NCBI GenBank assembly: GCA_902564345.1
Contig: CACFAY010000004.1
Location: forward strand, 13,336-77,335
DNA: 64,000 nt
Direction: 5' to 3'
Source of the DNA: an uncultured SAR324 cluster bacterium
Lineage (GTDB): Bacteria > SAR324 > NAC60-12
Positions 1 to 9,170 of the stretch are shown piece after piece (positions within the stretch are counted from its first letter, which is position 1; every line of letters starts with the position of its first letter). The position numbers and the translations under genes are program-made. The notes below the pieces were generated by a model, which was given only the letters and a program-made list of their open reading frames with translations, was not told where the DNA came from and made no database searches.

Positions 1-1440
1 ACTACTGCGGCAATTAATGCTTCAATTCAACCTGTTTTGCATAATTACATTCAAAGGCTACAACAACAGTTGAAAGAAAATAAATATTCCAAGGACCTGC
101 TCGTAATGCAAGGTAATGGCGGTACGGTATCATCAAGTATCGTTTCAGATGAAGCAGTAAAAACCGTGATGTCAGGACCTGCATCAGGAGTTATGGCTGC
201 GGCTTATACCTCAACGCAGTGTGGATTTGGTCATGTTGTTACTTATGATATGGGGGGAACAAGTTGTGATGTAGGGTTGATAGTAGATGGAATCCCTCAA
301 GTTACTTCAGAACTTGAGATTGAATACGCTATGCCAATTCATGTACCAATGGTTGATGTTCACACCATCGGAGCGGGAGGAGGCAGCCTAGCATGGGTAA
401 ATACTGCTGGTTTGCTTCAGGTTGGACCTGAAAGTGCTGGTGCTCAGCCTGGACCAATTTGTTACGGTCGAGGGGGTACCAAACCTACCATAACTGATGC
501 AAATTTGATTCTTGGGCGATTGAATCCAGAGTCACTGCTTTCAGTAGAAAATCCAGTATCAATTGAAACAGTGCAAAACAAAGTAATAGATGATGTAGGA
601 AGAGATCTAGGATTTAAGGGTATGGAGGAAACTGCTTCTGCGATTATCAGGATTGCAAACATGAATATGGCTGGAGCCCTCCGTTTGGTTTCTCTTGCAA
701 GAGGTTATGATCCACGAGATTTTGTACTCTTTGCATTCGGAGGTGCTGGTCCACTGCATGCAGTGTCTCTAGCCGCTGAACTCGGAATTCCTAAAATTCT
801 GGTACCTATGAGACCGGGGATCACTAATGCTGTAGGATGCGTGGTTGCCGATGTTAGACATGATTATGTCAATTCTATCAACGTACCTTTAGCGCATGCA
901 AATATGAATCAAGTAAATGAAATTTTTATATCGCAAATCAAAGCAGGAAAAGAGATGATTGCATCAGAAGGTATAGACATAAATGAAATCGTTATCATTC
1001 ATCAGGTTGACATGCAGTTCCAAGGTCAAACTCATATCCTTAATTTCCCAATACAGGACCCCAGTGTAAGCAGAAATGACCTGCAGTTGTTATTTGAAAA
1101 AGCATATTTAAAACGTTTTAATGTGGAACTTCCAGAAATCAGGGCGGTTCTTGTAAATCTTAACACCTCTGTAATCGGACGTCGAAAACCTGTTCCATTA
1201 AAGACACTAATTAATCAAGAAAAACACAAAAAAAAGCTGAGTGAATGTATAATAAATAGTCGTCCTGTATGGTTTGATTCTGGCTGGCATGATACCCCAA
1301 TTTACAACAGAGAGTTTCTTCCACCTAAAATTAAATTCAGAGGACCTGCGGTAATTGAGCAGTTAGACACAACAACTGTTGTGGAACCTGAAAATCATGT
1401 TGAAGTTGATGAATCAGGTAACTTGATTATTTCGTTATAA
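1..1440 (+). CDS. hyuA: Hydantoinase/oxoprolinase family, A-type subunit (5' end truncated by window edge)
   Basis: Frame 1 is open from base 1 (TTAAINASIQPV precedes the listed start), so the gene runs off the window. It carries the ASKHA-type motif VVTYDMGGTSCDVGLI and GAGGGS, and a HyuB partner follows directly. Confidence 0.8.
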   Translation, partial: TTAAINASIQPVLHNYIQRLQQQLKENKYSKDLLVMQGNGGTVSSSIVSDEAVKTVMSGPASGVMAAAYTSTQCGFGHVVTYDMGGTSCDVGLIVDGIPQVTSELEIEYAMPIHVPMVDVHTIGAGGGSLAWVNTAGLLQVGPESAGAQPGPICYGRGGTKPTITDANLILGRLNPESLLSVENPVSIETVQNKVIDDVGRDLGFKGMEETASAIIRIANMNMAGALRLVSLARGYDPRDFVLFAFGGAGPLHAVSLAAELGIPKILVPMRPGITNAVGCVVADVRHDYVNSINVPLAHANMNQVNEIFISQIKAGKEMIASEGIDINEIVIIHQVDMQFQGQTHILNFPIQDPSVSRNDLQLLFEKAYLKRFNVELPEIRAVLVNLNTSVIGRRKPVPLKTLINQEKHKKKLSECIINSRPVWFDSGWHDTPIYNREFLPPKIKFRGPAVIEQLDTTTVVEPENHVEVDESGNLIISL

Positions 1441-1494
1441 TTCAGCGATGGGACTATATGAAATATTTTTTTACTTTACTAAATTTAAAATAAT

Positions 1495-3225
1495 ATGACT
1501 GCAGATAAATTAGACCCCATTACTTTGACGGTGATTCAAAGTGGCTTACAGCAGGTCTGCAATGAAATGGACCTTGCCTTTGTTCGTTCAGCATTCAGCC
1601 CTGTAATTTCTGAAGCACTAGACCGATCTGATGGGATTTATCATAAAGACAACGGGGAGCTTATTTCTCAGGGCGAGTTAGGGTTGCCGGTCTTTGTAGG
1701 TACAATGCAGTTTGGCACAAGATGCGTGATTGAAAGAGCAAAAAATCTTAAGGAAGGCGATGTGTACATTGTAAATGACCCTTATTTAGGAGGTACACAT
1801 CTTATGGACGTGCGATTTGTGAAACCGTTTTTTTATGATGGAGAACTGTTTGCCTGGCTAGCAAATACTGGGCATTGGCCCGACACAGGAGGTTCAGTCC
1901 CAGGAGGTTTTTCAGCAAATGCTACAGAAGTTGAGCAGGAAGGACTAAGACTCCCACCGGTAAAGCTATACAAGGAAGGAATAATGGATGAGGAAATTCT
2001 TTCAATTGTTCTCTCAAATATTCGAATTGCAGACCAGCGCATTGGTGACATCAAGGCACAAGCAGCGGCACTTAGCTCAGGGGCAAAACGCTTCACTGAG
2101 CTGATTGACAGATATGGGAAACAAACCGTCAATTCTGCAATACAAGAACTTAGAAGCAGAGCGGCACAACAAATGAGAGCAAAAATCAAGGAGATTCCTG
2201 ATGGAAAGTACCAGGGGAATGCATTTGTAGACTCTGATGGGGTAATTGATGAGCCTCTATGTATAGACATGAAAGTTCATAAGCAGGATACAGAATTATA
2301 TTTTGATATGTCCGGTTCGAGTCCACCATGTCTTGGGCCAATGAACAGTGTCATTGCTACTACCAAATCATCTGTCTATCTTGCTATTAAACATATTTTC
2401 CCAGATGTGCCCATCAATGCTGGAACATTTGACCCTCTACACATAAAAGAACCTGAAGGAACATTTTTATACGCAAAATATCCACGTCCTGTCTCAGGCT
2501 GCGCGGCAGAAGTAAGTCAACGCATTGCGGAAGCAGTCTTCAGCGCATTGGTAAAGGCCATACCGCAAAAGCTTTTTGCTGCACCTGCAGGCACCAGCGG
2601 TAATCTGTGCGTTGGGGGATATGATCCGATTCGTGAAAAAAATTATGTAATGTACGTAATTAGTGGTGGAGGATATGGTGGGAATTATTCAACAGACGGT
2701 TTATCCAACGGTTGTTCCACTATTGGTATATCAAAAACAACTCCAGTTGAAGTAATGGAACAGTACTATCCAGTCCTATTTGAAGAGTATTCTTTACACG
2801 AGAGTTCAGGAGGGGCAGGGAAATCACGGGGAGGCTTTGGCATAAATTACAAAATAAGATTACGGAGAGGAAACGCCAAGGTTTCCATGGTTATGGATCA
2901 CGGCCGATTTGGTCCTCAAGGGGTATTGGGAGGTAAAGACGGTGAGGTAAACAAAATACAAATTGAACATAATGGAAAAAAGTATGTTCCTCCACACCTT
3001 TCCAAAGATCAAAACATTTATGTTCAGGCAGGTGACAGAATATGCGTATCAACACCGGGAGGAGGAGGATATGAAAGTGCTTTAAAGCGGAATCCTGAGC
3101 TAGTTCAGAAGGATGTAAAGCGAGGTTACTATACAATTCGGCAGGCGCAGGATCTCTTTGGTGTTGTTCTTTCTTCAGCTGGAGTGATTGACGATAATGC
3201 CACTAAAAAATTAAGAGGTAAATAA
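1495..3225 (+). CDS. hyuB: Hydantoinase B/oxoprolinase family subunit
   Basis: 576 aa. The N-terminus DPITLTVIQSGLQQVCNEMDLAFVRSAFSPVI and the motif NDPYLGGTHLMD are typical of PF02538. It lies 54 nt after hyuA on the same strand. Confidence 0.8.
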   Translation: MTADKLDPITLTVIQSGLQQVCNEMDLAFVRSAFSPVISEALDRSDGIYHKDNGELISQGELGLPVFVGTMQFGTRCVIERAKNLKEGDVYIVNDPYLGGTHLMDVRFVKPFFYDGELFAWLANTGHWPDTGGSVPGGFSANATEVEQEGLRLPPVKLYKEGIMDEEILSIVLSNIRIADQRIGDIKAQAAALSSGAKRFTELIDRYGKQTVNSAIQELRSRAAQQMRAKIKEIPDGKYQGNAFVDSDGVIDEPLCIDMKVHKQDTELYFDMSGSSPPCLGPMNSVIATTKSSVYLAIKHIFPDVPINAGTFDPLHIKEPEGTFLYAKYPRPVSGCAAEVSQRIAEAVFSALVKAIPQKLFAAPAGTSGNLCVGGYDPIREKNYVMYVISGGGYGGNYSTDGLSNGCSTIGISKTTPVEVMEQYYPVLFEEYSLHESSGGAGKSRGGFGINYKIRLRRGNAKVSMVMDHGRFGPQGVLGGKDGEVNKIQIEHNGKKYVPPHLSKDQNIYVQAGDRICVSTPGGGGYESALKRNPELVQKDVKRGYYTIRQAQDLFGVVLSSAGVIDDNATKKLRGK

Positions 3226-3343
3226 CTTTTATAGTCTAATTTATATTATTGGTGTTAAGAAGATACATTAAATTTGAGTAAGGGTATTTCATTATTTATA
3301 AAATTAACTTTCAAAAAACTTAACAAATTGCATTTTTTATACT

Positions 3344-3928
3344 TCAGCGCAGACCGTCATTAGCTGAAATCTGATCTGATTGCAGACCCCCAACTCTAGA
3401 ATGTATGCGTCCGCCTGTTGTCATAACCAAGCCGAACACAATTTCATTAGCTCTTGGCGCATCTTGCACATACACTTCCATTGCATCAAAATGACTTCGT
3501 ACGTAAGAAGCATTGATATGAGTAATTGGGATGTCAAGTCTTGAGCCAATACCTCCTATTTTCTTGGCTGAAGGAACAATTGCCAATGCTCCACCAAGAG
3601 CTTCCCTCATAGCATAACCTCCAGGGACATGCCAGAGAGCTCCGTGTTCAAGTTCCCCAGCTTCACCTACAATTGAACCTTTGCCGTAACTCTGGATTTT
3701 GTCTGGTCCTCCAAGCATTTCGATCAATTTACCTGCAGCATCCAACCCGATAGGCTTCAGAGCATCCATCATTGGAGTTATCTCATCAACAAAATCTCCT
3801 GCATAGGGATTTTCAAGCACAATCATAATTGCACCTTTTTTAATCGCTTCTTTACGTGGCTGACCTCCTTCATGGTAGATATTTTCTACATGGGAGACTA
3901 TTTTCCTGACTTTTATTAGTGCATTCAT
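3344..3928 (-). CDS. 'Amino acid synthesis' family protein (PF06684/DUF1185-like), function unknown
   Basis: 194 aa. The N-terminal pattern KVRKIV...E.IYHEGG....A.KKGA...VL.NPYAG matches my memory of this family. It is the last gene of the minus-strand operon. Confidence 0.6.
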   Translation of the reverse strand: MNALIKVRKIVSHVENIYHEGGQPRKEAIKKGAIMIVLENPYAGDFVDEITPMMDALKPIGLDAAGKLIEMLGGPDKIQSYGKGSIVGEAGELEHGALWHVPGGYAMREALGGALAIVPSAKKIGGIGSRLDIPITHINASYVRSHFDAMEVYVQDAPRANEIVFGLVMTTGGRIHSRVGGLQSDQISANDGLR

Positions 3929-3941
3929 TTTTTATTTCAGT

Positions 3942-4871
3942 TTAAGATTTTTCGATAACAAGGGTCTGTTCCTGCATAGAAAGATATGCTGACTGAATTT
4001 TATTTTCCTTAATCAGTGCTTTAGCGGATTCTGCTCCTTTTTGAAGTGCATTAGAAACTTCTTTTTCGTGAAGAAAGGGTACATTCACAGTGACTGGATA
4101 CATACCAAGATCTGAGTCGTCTTTAACCTCGCAAGCAGGTCTTCTTATTATTCCAGGATGTTCAATATTAACATTATTTGCAATCAGAGTTGCAGCTGCA
4201 TCTGCGAAAGCTGAGGAAGATGACAGTACAGTGACCGCGTCCGCTATCCCCAAGCTTTGGGATCGTCCTCTCCAACCAGATGTTGCCAAACCACGAACAG
4301 GACTTTCATAAGGCAGGCAGACTTTTGTATTCAACTCAGGCCTTATAGGATTTTCAACAACTCCAATTGTAAATGCAGACCCATGGTTCAACCAGAACGA
4401 AATATCTCCTCCATTATTGACAAACATCCTACGTATTTTTTCCATACACGAAACATTGGATTTTGCCTGATTCAACATATTTTCTAGAATTTCTTCTGAC
4501 ACAGCACCTGCAACAGCAGCCATCGGGGTGATAAATGCCCCTGTGCCACGAACAGCATTAAACATTTTACGTGCAATTCTCCCTTGAGGCTCCGGATAAA
4601 CTTCACTCCATGGAAGCTTCAATAAATCCAGCTCTGAAACCAACTCTTCAAGAACCGTGCTGAATCGTTTTTTTGCACATTTATATAGATCGCTTCTTAT
4701 TTTCTCAGGCCCATCGACATGTGCAATTATATCTATTGGTCCATGATGTAAATACAAGCGATTTTCTTGTGGCATTATTTGGCATTGAAAATCTGAAAAT
4801 TTTTTATAATACTGCTTCAAACTACCTTTTATTTTCTTAATTTTTGGAAAAAGGCCATGGATTTTCTTCAT
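3942..4871 (-). CDS. UPF0280 family (ApbE-like fold) protein
   Basis: 309 aa; general resemblance to UPF0280/ApbE-like proteins (LHHGPIDIIAHVDG, ATSGWRGRSQSLGIADAVTV). The annotated start overlaps the upstream gene by 35 nt, so the true start may be the internal Met at MPQENRL. Confidence 0.5.
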   Translation of the reverse strand: MKKIHGLFPKIKKIKGSLKQYYKKFSDFQCQIMPQENRLYLHHGPIDIIAHVDGPEKIRSDLYKCAKKRFSTVLEELVSELDLLKLPWSEVYPEPQGRIARKMFNAVRGTGAFITPMAAVAGAVSEEILENMLNQAKSNVSCMEKIRRMFVNNGGDISFWLNHGSAFTIGVVENPIRPELNTKVCLPYESPVRGLATSGWRGRSQSLGIADAVTVLSSSSAFADAAATLIANNVNIEHPGIIRRPACEVKDDSDLGMYPVTVNVPFLHEKEVSNALQKGAESAKALIKENKIQSAYLSMQEQTLVIEKS

Positions 4872-6306
4872 TCCACTCAGAGATTCTTACTTCCATCTGC
4901 TGAGTGATATCTTCCATTTTTTTTAAATTATCCATATGTCCTCCCAAATTCTTATAATCATCAAGCTTCATAGTAAATTCAATTGGCGCAACAATAGCCG
5001 GAGTGGGTACACTTCCGAATGAGTTTTCAGGCATTTTTGTAACATCTACCATTACAGTGATTCCTCCTCCAGGCCAAACATATACAGGTGCTCCCCCACA
5101 AGTCGTACGTGTAAGGAGGGCACGCACAGAGCGTGTAAGGTGTACAGGGTTTTCAGTAACTCCTGCTCTCAAACTGCCTCCTGCTCCGGCCATGAAAAGA
5201 ACACTCGCAATAGAGGGTTCGCAGTTTTCACCAATACGATCAACCACTTTTTGAAGTACTTTTGGAATGGTTTCCTCACATGGTTTCAAATTCTCGTCTA
5301 ACACATAATATGCCGCATCTTCTCCGGTTGTTCCCACCATTAACAGTCTCAATCCCGGATATGCGGTACCGTCTTTTATGCTGTCTATGATTTCCAGAGG
5401 ATCGGAAACATCAGTTCCTCCCCACCCATGTCCTGGATTTGCAACCTGAAAATATCTTCCTGGAGTAGATCGTCGTCCGCGAACTCGTATCCCAGAAGGT
5501 TCCATACCTAAATACCGACCTGCCTGATGTTCAGAAAGCATTCCAGTGATATGTTCATCCACCACTATAACCTCATCCACGTGTCCAAACCATTGTTGGG
5601 CAAATATACCAATTGCCGCAGAGCCACAGCCAACACGCATTCTCTCTTCCTGATTACCGTCAATTATGGGGGCAGTCCCTGCTTTGATAACTAGTTTTGA
5701 TCCATTATCTACTTCAAGTTCTACAGCCTTCCTGTTGCCTAAATCCATCATCATTTCGCATGTGACCCGACCTTCCTTTTTGCTACCTCCTGTAAGATGA
5801 TGAACTCCTCCAAGAGAAAGCATCTGTGAACCATATTCTGCGGTAATTACATGACCAACCTCTTCCCCATCACTTCGTACCGAAGCCTGTTCAGGACCAA
5901 TGTACCTATCAGTATCAATTTTGACTTTAAAACTACAGAAACTGAAAATACCTTCTGTGACCACAGTTACCATATCAACATTTTGGTGTTTACTGCTGAT
6001 TATGAAGGGTGCGGGTTTATAATCCGGATATGTTGTCCCAACTCCTACTGCAGTAGGAAAAATTGAGTCTGAGTTAAGTACAGTACCATCCCATTTTTGA
6101 AGCTTTTCCCCGAATGTGACAAGAGCCTGATTCTGATCAACAGCTCTTTGGGTCAGAATTATCGGATCCATCCTTTGCAGTTTCCCGTTAATGTTTCCAT
6201 AACGATCGCATGATCCCGTTTTCCCTGGACTTATTCTGCATAGAATTGGGCATGCATCACAACTAACTTTTGCGTCTGATGAAATTATTTTTTTGGAATT
6301 ACTCAT
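4837..6306 (-). CDS. 6-hydroxynicotinate reductase-like Cys-rich (putative Fe-S) protein
   Basis: 489 aa. The N-terminal Cys cluster C-x2-C-x3-C-x9-C (SCDACPILCRISPGKTGSCDRYGN) and the size match proteins commonly annotated '6-hydroxynicotinate reductase'. This assignment is from memory and is not verified. Confidence 0.5.
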   Translation of the reverse strand: MSNSKKIISSDAKVSCDACPILCRISPGKTGSCDRYGNINGKLQRMDPIILTQRAVDQNQALVTFGEKLQKWDGTVLNSDSIFPTAVGVGTTYPDYKPAPFIISSKHQNVDMVTVVTEGIFSFCSFKVKIDTDRYIGPEQASVRSDGEEVGHVITAEYGSQMLSLGGVHHLTGGSKKEGRVTCEMMMDLGNRKAVELEVDNGSKLVIKAGTAPIIDGNQEERMRVGCGSAAIGIFAQQWFGHVDEVIVVDEHITGMLSEHQAGRYLGMEPSGIRVRGRRSTPGRYFQVANPGHGWGGTDVSDPLEIIDSIKDGTAYPGLRLLMVGTTGEDAAYYVLDENLKPCEETIPKVLQKVVDRIGENCEPSIASVLFMAGAGGSLRAGVTENPVHLTRSVRALLTRTTCGGAPVYVWPGGGITVMVDVTKMPENSFGSVPTPAIVAPIEFTMKLDDYKNLGGHMDNLKKMEDITQQMEVRISEWNEENPWPFSKN

Positions 6307-6401
6307 TTATTACTGTATTTTTTGAAATGTGAAAGCGGAGAAATTTTAGTAATTTTATCATCTCCTGCAATTCAGATTTACCTTATTAGTATTTTATTGA
6401 A

Positions 6402-9164
6402 TCAAGAGTTAGTATTTTTGTGACCAGCTTTCTGAATTGCTGAAAATACTCTATCGGGTGTGGCAGGCAAATGGTTAATTACAATACCTGTAGCATGTTT
6501 AATACCACCTATGATTGCAGGAGCTGTTGGAATCAGGGCATGCTCACCAATACCTTTAGCCCCGTAAGGACCCAATGGTTCAGAATCTTCAATCAATATT
6601 ACTTCAATACTTGGCATATCTCCGACTGTCGGCATAAGGTAATCATGCAGATTTTCACTAACCTCTTGGATATATTCTTCCATTAGAGCCAATCCAAGTC
6701 CTTGTGCTATACCTCCATGTATCTGTCCCTCAACCTGTGTAGGATTAATTATCTTTCCAACGTCATGAGCTGCAGCAATTCTGAGTACTTTTGTAGTGCC
6801 CAATGATGTATCAACTTCAACCTCAGCTATCTGAGCTCCAAAGCCATATGTCGCATAAGGACTGCCTTGTCCGTTTTCATCCAAAGGTGTGGTAGGAGGA
6901 TCAAATGTTCCTTCACCTGTTAGTACATCACCATTTTCATGAGGTATTATATCTGATAGAATAATTAGATGCTCCCCTGTTTCATCCTTTGCAGTTAATT
7001 TTTCTCCTTCAATGTGAATGGAAGCCTTATCAGAAACTTCAGCAAGATGTATAATTTTTGCTCTTAATCTCTCCCCAGCTAACTGAGAGGCTTTTCCTGA
7101 AACGAAAGTTTGTCTGGAAGCAGATGTTTTACCAGCATCAGCGGTCAGGTTTGTATCTCCCATCACAATGTCAAACTGAGATGCAGGAATGCCTAGGGCG
7201 TCAGCACATATTTGAACCATGACTGTATTTGCCCCCTGTCCAATATCCATTGCCCCATTGTACAGAGTAACTTTACCTTTTTTACTAATTCCAACCTGAA
7301 TAGTGGATGGATTTGACATTGAAGTATTACCACATCCATACCAGACACTTCCACTACCCACACCTCTTTTAATCACAGCAGATTTTTTATTATATTCTTC
7401 TGCTGACTTACGCCATTTAACCCAACGACTTTTTAGTGACTCGAGGCAGTCTGTTTGGCCAACACTGTTTTCAAGCAATTGTCCAGTATTTGTACGATCT
7501 CCTTTTCTAAGGGCATTCTTGATCCTGAACTCCAGAGGGTCCATACATATTTTTTCTGCAAGAGTATCCATTAATGCCTCATGAGCAATTGCAGCCTGTG
7601 GAGTTCCAAAACCGCGGAAAGCTCCGGAAGGTGATTCGTTTGTGAACAATGCTCTAGTTTCAGAAAGCATATTTGGTACAAAATATGGTCCAGTACAGTG
7701 AATAGGAACCCTGTCCGCTACCGTAGGTCCCCATGAGGCATAAGCTCCGGTATTAAAATCTCCATGAAATTCAAAGGCAGTCAATTTCCCATCCTTGCTG
7801 CAACCAGCTTTGGCTCGAATTCTCACAGGATGTCTTTTTGTGGTCGACGCAAGAGACTCAGGGCGAGTGTATACACATCTCACCGGGTGATTAAGAACCC
7901 AGGCAGCAACTGCGATCAAAGGATGAACAGAAATATCGAGTTTCCCCCCAAAACCACCACCTACTGCTGAGGGAATAATGCGAACCTGATTTTTATCAAT
8001 ACCGAGTACCTGTGCTACCTCAGACTGGTCCATATAAGGTGTTTGTGTACAAACAAAAATTTCGATATTATCACCAATTCTGTTTGCGAACCCAGCCTCA
8101 GGTTCTATATAGCCATGCTCAATTGCGGATGTAGTCCATATTCCTTCCACAATCTTGTGTGACTCTGAAAATCCTTTTTCTACCTCACATTTTTTTACAA
8201 AACCTCTGGACAAGGTGTTATCAGGGAATCCCGACTGAACAGGATCTAAATTCGCAGCAATAGCACTTTCCAAACCGCGTACTGCTTCAAATGGCTGCCA
8301 TGTTAAGTTCAAGTCTTCTTCAGTTACTGATTCAACACTTTCACGATCACCAATCAGTGCAGCAATTGCTTCCCCCCTAAAACGAACATTATCTTGTGCT
8401 AATACAGGCTGATCTTTGATATGTGGATATATTCCAAAACCATTATTACCGGGAACATCTTCTGCTGTAAGCACCTTGACAAGACCAGAGTATTTATTCA
8501 TTGCTTTTTCTGGATTCTTGAGTGAAAATCTAGCACGAGCATGCGGCGAACGAATTGCTCGGAGCCAAAGGGAATTCTCTGGGGCTTTGTCTGCTGCAAA
8601 AATTTCTTCTCCAGTTAGTTTTTCGTAACCATCTACTTTTACCATTCTTGATCCTACAGCATTTCCAACTTCTGGATAAGATATAGGAGTTGGTTTTTGT
8701 GTCGAATTTATCACAGCTTTAATAATTTTCGAATATCCCGTACAGCGGCATAATACTCCGCTGAGTGCATCCAGTACTTGGTCTTCAGATGGATGTGGGA
8801 CCTGATTAAGTAAAGACTGAGCTGCCATTAGCATTCCTGGAGTACAAATCCCACACTGAGCAGCTCCTTCTGCCCAAAATGAGTGTTGAAGTGAAGTCAG
8901 CTCGCCGTTTTTAGAAAGTCCCTCAACAGTTGTAACATCACACCCATCAAGCTGACCTGTTGCAGTTAAACAGGCATAACGCTGCTCACCATTTATAAGA
9001 ATTGTGCAAGCACCACAATCTCCTGCATCACACCCAACCTTGGTTCCTTTAAGTCCTAGGTCTTCACGCAATACATCAGAAAACCTTCTTATCTGACTTG
9101 AAAATACTGTTCTAGGTGCGCCGTTCAAATTAAATGTTACACTAGATTTATCTTTTTTATTCAT
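6402..9164 (-). CDS. Xanthine dehydrogenase/aldehyde oxidoreductase family protein, fused [2Fe-2S] + molybdopterin-binding subunit
   Basis: 920 aa. Plant-type 2Fe-2S motif GCDAGDCGACTILINGEQRYAC, second 2Fe-2S motif QCGICTPGMLM...LCRCTGY, the GGGFGGK motif, and the C-terminal GAKGIGEHALIPTAPAI segment with the conserved Glu. Confidence 0.85.
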   Translation of the reverse strand: MNKKDKSSVTFNLNGAPRTVFSSQIRRFSDVLREDLGLKGTKVGCDAGDCGACTILINGEQRYACLTATGQLDGCDVTTVEGLSKNGELTSLQHSFWAEGAAQCGICTPGMLMAAQSLLNQVPHPSEDQVLDALSGVLCRCTGYSKIIKAVINSTQKPTPISYPEVGNAVGSRMVKVDGYEKLTGEEIFAADKAPENSLWLRAIRSPHARARFSLKNPEKAMNKYSGLVKVLTAEDVPGNNGFGIYPHIKDQPVLAQDNVRFRGEAIAALIGDRESVESVTEEDLNLTWQPFEAVRGLESAIAANLDPVQSGFPDNTLSRGFVKKCEVEKGFSESHKIVEGIWTTSAIEHGYIEPEAGFANRIGDNIEIFVCTQTPYMDQSEVAQVLGIDKNQVRIIPSAVGGGFGGKLDISVHPLIAVAAWVLNHPVRCVYTRPESLASTTKRHPVRIRAKAGCSKDGKLTAFEFHGDFNTGAYASWGPTVADRVPIHCTGPYFVPNMLSETRALFTNESPSGAFRGFGTPQAAIAHEALMDTLAEKICMDPLEFRIKNALRKGDRTNTGQLLENSVGQTDCLESLKSRWVKWRKSAEEYNKKSAVIKRGVGSGSVWYGCGNTSMSNPSTIQVGISKKGKVTLYNGAMDIGQGANTVMVQICADALGIPASQFDIVMGDTNLTADAGKTSASRQTFVSGKASQLAGERLRAKIIHLAEVSDKASIHIEGEKLTAKDETGEHLIILSDIIPHENGDVLTGEGTFDPPTTPLDENGQGSPYATYGFGAQIAEVEVDTSLGTTKVLRIAAAHDVGKIINPTQVEGQIHGGIAQGLGLALMEEYIQEVSENLHDYLMPTVGDMPSIEVILIEDSEPLGPYGAKGIGEHALIPTAPAIIGGIKHATGIVINHLPATPDRVFSAIQKAGHKNTNS

Positions 9165-9170
9165 GGATTA

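Noticed and set aside
1833-2270. 145-aa minus-strand ORF inside hyuB. Similar nested antisense ORFs occur at 462-662, 2891-3136, 4090-4487, 5003-5254, 5851-6066, 6471-6686, 7303-7584, 7764-7970 and 8416-8628.
   Set aside because: All lie entirely within, and antisense to or out of frame with, long ORFs that have strong family signatures. Their low-complexity composition is typical of shadow ORFs.
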